This document shows, in pieces, positions 56,159 through 64,000 of a stretch of 64,000 bases of DNA. The notes beneath the pieces are model-generated. The model was not told the origin of the DNA, made no database searches, and worked only from the letters and a program-made list of their open reading frames with translations. Source of the DNA: Octopus vulgaris (Eukaryota); the NCBI GenBank assembly GCA_951406725.2, contig OX597814.1, positions 98,952,001-99,016,000 of the forward strand. Reading direction: 5' to 3'. Numbering within the stretch: position 1 is the first letter of the stretch; each line of letters opens with the position of its first letter. The position numbers and the translations under genes are program-made.

Positions 56159-58692
56159 TTACAGGTGCACACTCAGAATCTGTCCTTTTGCACTGGTCAT
56201 TCTTGCAACATTCACCCACCTTTCAACAAACTTGCTACAAGGCAACACTTCCCTCTCCACATTCAATTTCCTTTTCAAGTGAAACTTGAAAAAGTTGATG
56301 AGGGCTTCGCCAAAGAGGAAAGTGTTTGTCTTTAGCCCTTTCAAACGGGCCCACCATACTACCTCTTTCACTACAGCCACTAGACAAATAAAAATTGCCT
56401 GCCCCTCTCTGCAAAAAGAGGGGCAATCTTCACAATGAATTCAGCTGATAGCCGGATCCGTCCCACACGCGACAGCAGGTGTTCAACATAATCCCACAGG
56501 CCAGCAATACTCGGGTAATGGTCTAGGGTGTGCAGAACGGCTTCATCGTTCTGGGCGCGCATCGGGTAGGCCGGCTGACGGCACTTCTATGCCTGTAAAG
56601 TTTATCCCGAACAGGTATGGCCACTCGGTAGCACTGCCAGGAAAGAAATTTCTGTAAGTTATCCATAGGTCCAGGCCCGAAAGTTCTCTGAAACAGACCG
56701 GTTAGCTGATCTTCATCGACACCCAGAGTTTCACCGAGAACGTCGTCGCACTTTCTCTCCACTAGCGCTATATAGAACGCTAGAGTAGAATTACTGCCGA
56801 CTGCATTGCCCGCCTGGCAGAAGGCTGTGAGCGCTCGAGACGGCACTCGAGGTACCAAGTGCCCCTCCTCGGTCTACGCCTAATCCATGATTGCAGCTCG
56901 GTTAAAGAGACGAACTGGGAAAAAGCGCGTCTTACAAACGGTGCCTACATCCGCTCACTGTCAAGGAAACGCTGGAGATGCCGGAACCTCAGCGCATGTC
57001 CGCGAATCAGTAACCACGGCATGCTCAGCCCCCTCCCCCCCATTCAGCGGCAGATGGAACGCCTGACCAGTGGAGCGCTTCCTCTCCACAGAAAGCGGAA
57101 GAGTAAGGGCATCAACTTGGTCAACCAGCAAACGAGACAAAGGACGACAGTAAAGCGGTAATAGATGACGGATGCGATGTACGCATCCGCCCCCTCCGCT
57201 CGACCTTTCAGGGACAGCTTTCTCTCGGACCATTGATTGAGCTACCTTGCTCAAGAGATTGATTGGTTACCTTGCTCGTCACCTCGTCCCAGTTCTTCTC
57301 CACTTGGGAGCCGGACTAAACCAAACTCCGAGCAACTTGATGGGACTGTTTGTCTAGCGCGCCACTACGCTGTTGGACGGTATTGACTTGCCTCTCCAGG
57401 TACCGAGTTGCATGTCCACTGACTTTTCCGCGTTAAGTTTTGCTCCTGTCACCGCTTCATATTCCTGTAGTGTTTCGCCAATCAGGTCTATATGCCTGTG
57501 GCTCGACACTATGACGGTGACATTATAGGTGTAAGCAGACACACTTCTACATCCTAGATTACGTGGGACACTCCTCAAAGCCTCCAACGTTCGCAGTATT
57601 GGTTGAAGAGTCAGTACATAGAGAAGAGAGGAGAGGGGGCACTCTTGACGGACTGAACGCAATATGCTGGATGACTCCGACAGGTGACTATTCACCCGAA
57701 CAACCGAGCAGACGGCGCTGTACAAATCAGCGACCCAACCGCAGAAAACTGGACCGAAACCGGCTACCCTAAGGACAGCTGCCAAGTATTAATAGTCGAC
57801 CCTATCAAAAGCTTTAGACTGATTTAAATTGATCAGAGCCCCACATATGCCAGATTCGTTACCCGACCTCTCTATAATGTAGCGCATAAGATGGAGGTTG
57901 TTGTGCATACTCCTGGTTGGGATGGTGCAAGTTTGCGCCTCGCGAACCTGTTTGTCCATGACAAGCGGCAACCTCCTGGCTAACATCTTGACTAAAATCT
58001 TCAACTCTTCATTGAGCAGAATGATGGGCCTTAAATTCTCTATAACAAACACCCCCTTGTTTGGCCCCTTTCTCAGCAGTTCCACTACCCCACGACAGAC
58101 AAAAGTGGGAATTCTCCCGTTTTGCTGCCAGTCAGTTGTGATACCATGTCCTAAGCGCCTTATCTAAGTTTCTAACTAAATCTCCCTCTATTCTATTTCT
58201 TTCTCCTGCTAATGCCTTGCTAAACCTAATTGATTCTACTCTAATTACCCATTTAAGAGCAAACGACCAGTTGTTGTTGATGATTGCACCCGTCAACGCC
58301 CGCTTAACTAATTCACTAACCCAGTCTCTGTAAGCCTGACACGCCGGTAAGGACATGTCCAGCTTTCAGTAACCGGGACTCTGTCTATGAAGCCTATCTA
58401 AGTCGACCGTACAGATCGATCACAAATTTGTGGTCTGTGTAGCCGACCATGTGAAATTGTGGACACGCTATGCTATCCTTATCCGCTGGCCTACAAAATA
58501 CTCTATCTAGATACGATCTAGATGACCCGATGCGGTTTGTCAAAGTTCACATTGGCACATTCAGGTAATCTAGTCGGGACCTGTCACACAATTGAAAACG
58601 TGTGAGCAGGGTTTTGAGGCTTTTGCACCCACCTCTCCTATCAGATACTCCCACGCAATCGAAACGTCCATCTAAGACAGCGTTCCAAGCCC

Positions 58693-58767
<75 letters not shown>

Positions 58768-59143
58768 AAGTCCGAGACGTTCTCAGGAAAACCTCCAGAC
58801 GCCTGAAGTAATCAGACCGTCCTGCCCCTGTCGGAGCATAGGCAACCACCAGAGTGAAAGCACAGCCATCACTGCTGTTCACATCTAGGACTACCAACTT
58901 ACCTTCTGGATCCAGAAAGACTGCCTTTATTTTCAAATCCAGACCCTTCCGGAAAAATACTCCAGTACCACCACTGCTCCCTCCCGGTCGACACGGAGAT
59001 AGGTAGATCTCGTATCCACCGAAAAAGGTGATGAGGTCCTCGTGGGTCGGATAGTCTGGATTCAGGTCATTTAAAAAGTGACCTTGTTTCCAAGGCAACC
59101 CGAGGCCCCTGACATTTACTCAACCTATTCTGAGCATGGCCAT
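56159..59143 (-). pseudogene. Tx1-like ORF2 (AP endonuclease + reverse transcriptase + C-terminal zinc region), disrupted
   Basis: MAMLRIG*VNVRGL; GTGVFF; VAYAPT; VVGAWNAVLD; NLRPIILLN..LKIL; NQSKAFDRVD; SVRQECPLSSLLY; WQCYRVAIPVRDKLYRH. Contains stops, frameshifts and a deletion near 58140. Confidence 0.88.
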
Positions 59144-59169
59144 TATAAAAATAAATTCAGAGAATGGCT

Positions 59170-60935
59170 CTACTTACCATTGTTGTGTGGCAATGTTGCT
59201 CCTATGGTCTTTGTTGTGGGCGTTTCCACGAGAGTTTTGTAGATTCTTTTATAAAATGTTTTCTGAAAAGACCCAACAGCATTAGGAAAGTTAATTTTTA
59301 AGTGATTATAGGTGTCATGTTTTAATTTCAAAATTTGTATGTGTGGTGGTGGTGCATTGTGTGTTGGAAAGACAAAGTCTTCCATTGTGTGTCCGAGTTG
59401 TCTGAGGTTTTTAACGAGGTTTGTGTTGGTGTCGATGGCTGTGAGGGTGGTTGTGTTTGTGCAGTCCGTTTGTGTCGACGTTTGAGGTGGTAGTGCTGTT
59501 GGTTGTTGTGTGAGTTGCCGACTTTGGGCATTTCCTCCTCTCTGCGCCTCCCCCTCTTTTCATCCACTGTATTTCCCCCTCTTTTTATGGAGAACTATTT
59601 GCCACTCTCCCTTCTCAACCTCAATACTCGAACAGTTCAGGTTGTTTTGGTCGGGAAGGGGGATATTCTTTGGGTGTTATTTTGGTGGGGTTCATATACT
59701 GTTGTTGTTGGTGGTGGTACTCCAACTGGTGCTGGTGGTACTCTGGCTGGTTGTGTTACTTCGGCTGGTGGTGGTACTACGACTGTTTGTGTTACTTCGG
59801 CTGGTTGTGGCACTTCGGCTGGTAGTGGTACTCCGTCCGGCGTTGTTGGTGTTGGTGTACGTGTTCGTGGTGTCCTGGCGAGTGCTGGAGGTGGCATCGG
59901 TGTTGCTGGTGGTGATGTGGTTGCTTTCTGCTACTGCACTGGAAGTGTCCCCGTTTCTGTTGTCACTTACAGTGTTTTCGCATTTCTTTATATTTGGGGC
60001 AGTCGACCTTGAGGTGCTGGTCGTTCCCACAAAAGTAGTACCTCGGCCGCCTGCCTTCCACGGCCACGTACAGTCTCGTGCCGTCTGGTAAATTTATGGC
60101 GTCAGGGATAGAATTTATGGCCTCTTGTTCGATTTGAACAAGAAGCTCTAATCCCTGACCCGTCCAATTTTCTTGGTGCAATTTATGCACCAATATATTG
60201 GCGGTGTCCTCTATATCAAAGAGGACAGTCGCCACTAGCCAACAGTATATATGCATTTCAGGAGGCACCTCCCCAATTTTAATTTTTGTCTCGCACGGAC
60301 CAAGGTATGTCGGCACAAGCAGTAATTCCTCTGTTTTTAAGGGCACAGAGGAATGCTGCCTAGCCTCGTTTTCAGTTGCAAAACACACTTCCACCGTGCC
60401 GAAGCGCTTTCCTCTTGTCACATAGGTTTTGTTTGTCCAAATTGGTTTTAGGGCCATTTCCAACCGTTGTTGGGTAGCACTTCTATCCTTTTCTTCTTGA
60501 TGTTTAAAACTGTATATTACTTATTTTTCGATTCGTCTCCTTTATTAATTCCTGAGAGATGTTAAGGAAAGCATTGTTTCCTTCATTCCTTAGCAACTCC
60601 TTTGCATTTTTGTATTTCATTTCTTGTTAAATTCAACGTTGCCGCTGGATGTGTTGTTCGTGTTTGTGGTGTCATTCTTTTTTCTTTCTCTCTTCCTCCT
60701 TCTCCTTTTCAGGAACAATTTCTTGGTTTGCTATATTTTCTGGGTTTTCCTTGTTGTTGCTAATGGTGGTGTTGGTGTTGGCACCGCTGCTTGTGATTGT
60801 GCTGTTCAGAGGGGGGAAATCTTGGTTGTACTGGCCGCCAGAACAGCCACTGCCACTCCCCTCGACAGAAGAAGCTAGCTTGTTTTTCGTCAAACGAAAA
60901 ACAAAAAAAATATTGTAAATGAGCAAAATGTTCAA
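59170..60935 (-). pseudogene. Tx1-like ORF1 (gag-like, zinc knuckle, Pro/Thr-rich tail), frameshifted
   Basis: VEGRRPRYYFCGNDQHLKVDCP is a CX2CX4HX4C knuckle with the first C mutated. An RRM-like region lies upstream and a low-complexity PT region downstream. Confidence 0.8.
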
Positions 60936-61119
60936 AATTCGCCCCTAAAAGGGAGGGAATTTTCAACAAAAGAGCCCTATCTGCACGCAAAAAGGGGTTC
61001 GGAAAACAAAAAACAAACAAGCAGTCAATAAACTTGATAAAGTAGCACGTCTTAACTCGCCAACAACAACAACAACAATAATAATAATTACATGAATAAC
61101 AACAATAACAACGGCAATA

Positions 61120-61306
61120 ATAATCCTTTCTAATATAGGCACAGGGCCAGAAACTTTTGGGGAGGTAGCGTGTCGATTATATCAGTTCCAGCACTTCTCT
61201 GGTACTTTGTATCATCGACGCCGAAGGATGAAAAGTTGAGCGAGGTGGAATTTGAACACGGAATGTAAAGAGGCCGGAGATAGTCCGATGCGCCAACGAT
61301 TCTGCC
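61120..61306 (-). mobile_element. Diverged family C SINE within the TAA tract
   Basis: Sense ttggcagaatcgttggcgc...gtgttcaaattccacc...ttttcatccttcggcgtcgat...aagtaccag...ggccctgtgcctatattagaaaggattatt. Confidence 0.8.
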
Positions 61307-61372
<66 letters not shown>

Positions 61373-61373
<1 letters not shown>

Positions 61374-61919
61374 CAGTACCAGACAGTGGCTCTCATGGCT
61401 CCTGATCTTAACTGATTGGAAGTGTTATCATATACATTGTTTTGTCTTGGTATAAAAGATGGGCTACAGCAAATATTCTGCTCAATACCACAGATTTGAT
61501 TGTCAGTTGTTTGACCTTAACCAGTTGACCATGTTCCTTAGTGGCTGACGATATGTGCATCTCTGATCACAAGCAGAAGTAGTGGGGAAGCATCATAGCC
61601 ATGTGTTGAGAGAGATTCTTTGGGTTTTGAATAATTCACCCTTGGAAACATGGGTGTTTCGTTCAATATCCCTAAACAATCCTTATTCAGGGACCTTTTG
61701 AGCGGGATGGGTTACTCGACCAGGAGAAAATTCTAACTGGGCCCCACCTGCAAGGTCATGTGCTGATTATCTTGATATGAGATCACCATGTCGCGCACAT
61801 ATGGTTGTGATGCGTGTGCCTAGTGTACTCTTGTCAGACGGGTAGTCATGATGGGTATACTGGGCTTTGTATATTTTACCGCAGTGTCACTTTTGATGGC
61901 ATGCTCTGCTCTCTCACTC
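61373..61919 (+). mobile_element. Element E, longer copy, between (TAA)n tracts
   Basis: Extends ~85 bp further 5' than the 48378 copy and has the same 3' end. Confidence 0.8.
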
Positions 61920-62221
61920 AATAATAATAATAATAATGATGATGCTGATGATGATGATGATGATGATGATGATCATGACGACGACGATGATAATAATAAA
62001 CACACACACACACAAACGCGTGCATGCACAGACGGTTAGGAGAAAAGATTTAAGACTATAAATTTAATCAACGCAATACACATAAGAACTAAAAGTGAGC
62101 TGCACACATAACGGAGAAGCAGCTTTGCCCTTAGGTGAGATCTTGATATCAACTATTACAATTTCTGATACACGCGAAACAAACATGTTGTTTCCATTCT
62201 TGATTTAAAAAGCAAAATATA

Positions 62222-63250
62222 CGAATGGTTACCCAAAAGAAATCGGCATTTCGCAATGTTATTATATTCACTTAGATTTACATGTTTACACTTTTATTGC
62301 CTTCAAAGTCTTCCCCATTTGAAACAGTGCATCGGTCCAGACAAGACAGTGTGCGAAGGTGCATTGTCGTGATGAAACCACCTCCATTTTGCGACCGGTC
62401 GGGGTGTTTTCGTCTCGCCGTCTCTTGCAAACGCTTCAGAACTGTTAAATAAAATGGCTGGTTAACAGTTTGACCAAGAGGAACAAATACTGTGTAGATA
62501 ATTCCTTTCGCGTCGATGAAACAAATCAGCATCGTCTTGACATTGGACTTCAGTTGACGCAGTCTTGGGGAAAGTGGTTTCCTTGAATGCTTCCATTGAC
62601 TTGTTTCCTACTTCGTTTCCGGGCCGTAGCCGTAGCACCAGCTTTCGTCACCAGTGAAGACCTTCGAAAAAAGGTTCGGATCAATTTTCAACTGTTCTTT
62701 CAGTTCACGACGCGCATTCAGTCGTGACTGCTTTTGATCTTCCGTGAGCAAGTGAGGCACAAATTTTGCTGCAACTCTTTTCATTCGCAATTCCTCGCTC
62801 AAAATTCGTTGGGAGGAGCTCCAAGACATACCAGTCATATCAACAAGTTCGTCAATTGTGCAACGACAGTTCTCCAAGATCAGGACATGAACTTTCGGGA
62901 TGTTTCCATTCGTTCGGGAGGTGGACAGTCGCCCTGAACGAAGTAGGTCGTTAAGCGACAAGTGACCATTCCTAAAGTATGAAAACCACTCATAAACTTA
63001 TGTTTTGCTCATGGCAGTGTCCTTGTAAACTGCTCGAAGCATGACAACTTCTTCGGTCTCCTGTTTTCCTAGCATGAAACAGAATTTGCTCCTTCGTTTC
63101 AGCCATCGCAAAAGTCAACGACTCAAGACGACGCCGTTCGGCAGACTGATGCCAGAGAGTCGCATCAAGTCGTTGCTAGCGACGTGAACCTGAACTACAG
63201 CGGGCTTGTCTCACAGAGAACGTTTCCGGTTACTTTTGAGTATCCCCTAG
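62222..63250 (-). mobile_element. Mariner transposon, internally deleted and pseudogenised
   Basis: Degenerate TIRs ta|cgaatggttacccaaaagaaatcgg and ccggttacttttgagtatcccctag|ta. Transposase motifs RSGR, KFVPHLL, TGDESWCYGY, MLICFIDAKG..FVPLGQTVN and HHDNAPSH; the third catalytic D region is missing. Confidence 0.93.
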
Positions 63251-63349
63251 TAAAGGTACAATAGAATACAAATACTAAACTAACAATCCTTTTACAACAA
63301 AACTAGGAGTTATGTAACAATTGAATACGCAAGAATCTTTTACCTTCTT

Positions 63350-63712
63350 TATTTTTGACTTGTTTCAGTCATTAGAGTACGGCTGGGGCCACAGTCTTGA
63401 AGAATTTTTCAGTCAAATATATCGTCCTAGTACCTATTTTTTAAAAGCTAGTACTTATTCTATCGCTTGAGTTTGCTGAACCGCTAGATACGGGGACGTA
63501 AACACACCAGTACAGCTATCAAGCGGTGCTAGTAGGGGAGAAACAGAGACTCAAAGACACATACACTTATACACATACATACACACAGCCATACGACGGG
63601 CCTCTAGTTGTCCCTGCCAAATACACTCAAAAGGCTTTGGTCAAAGACACTTGCCCAAGGCTATGGTAGAAAATACTTGCCCAACGCTATGGTAGAAGAC
63701 ACTTGCCCAAGG
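63350..63712 (-). mobile_element. Family B SINE with a tandemly triplicated ~26 bp CORE-like segment
   Basis: cttgtttcagtcatt...gaaccgctagatacggggacgtaaacac, then acttgcccaa three times at 63649-63710. Confidence 0.8.
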
Positions 63713-64000
63713 CACGAAACACACACACATACACACACACATTCCACCTCGTTTACATATATTTACATATATCTGTAGGAGGAGAAGCCATAAAATAGGG
63801 AGTGAAAATGCAGAGTAAAAAAAAAAGTAGGATGTAAAGCAAAAAAAAAAGAAAAAGAAAAAACAATTTAAAAGAAAAATAGAAAGGATTTCCGTCCTTA
63901 GTCTTTGCTAGAGATCAATGAGATCACTTCTTTAGCCATTTGTCAGAGAACGAAGAGATCAAGAACTGACCATAGCATCACTTTTCCCTGCAGCATTAGT

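Larger units (their letters stand above)
55925..61061 (-). mobile_element. Near full-length Tx1/L1-clade LINE (ORF1 + APE-RT ORF2), pseudogenised
   Basis: 5' end GGCGAGTTAAGACGTGCT, ORF1 ~60935-59170, ORF2 from ATG at 59143, 3' end CCCTTGTGGACAATAAAATAAT. TAA/CAA tracts on both flanks. Confidence 0.92.

Noticed and set aside
59503-60091. Plus-strand ORFs of 169 and 193 aa
   Set aside because: Antisense shadows of the low-complexity Pro/Thr region of the Tx1-like ORF1.

Overview
AT-rich, microsatellite-saturated eukaryotic intergenic or intronic DNA. The SINE families and repeat landscape point to a coleoid cephalopod, most likely Octopus; this is inferred from recalled family sequences, not a database search. 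I found no host protein-coding exon, rRNA, true tRNA or CRISPR array, and most of the ORF track is microsatellite read-through. The window is made of transposon relics: tRNA-derived SINEs of at least four types, RTE, CR1/L2-like, R4/Dong-like (RLE) and Tx1/L1-like LINEs, Penelope-like (PLE) fragments, Tc1/mariner elements, a mariner MITE and a non-autonomous Helitron. The main highlights are five. (1) Five minimal hammerhead-ribozyme motifs sit in PLE-like fragments; one has a fully canonical core and three share a U4C variant core. (2) A ~14 kb train of ten retroelement pieces is stacked in one (TAA)n tract with clade-specific orientation. (3) One SINE has a 3' tail matching the 3' end of the Tx1-like LINE. 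(4) An RLE-LINE tail is inserted in (CATA)n. (5) A near-perfect 135 bp inverted repeat abuts a Helitron inside a local duplication.
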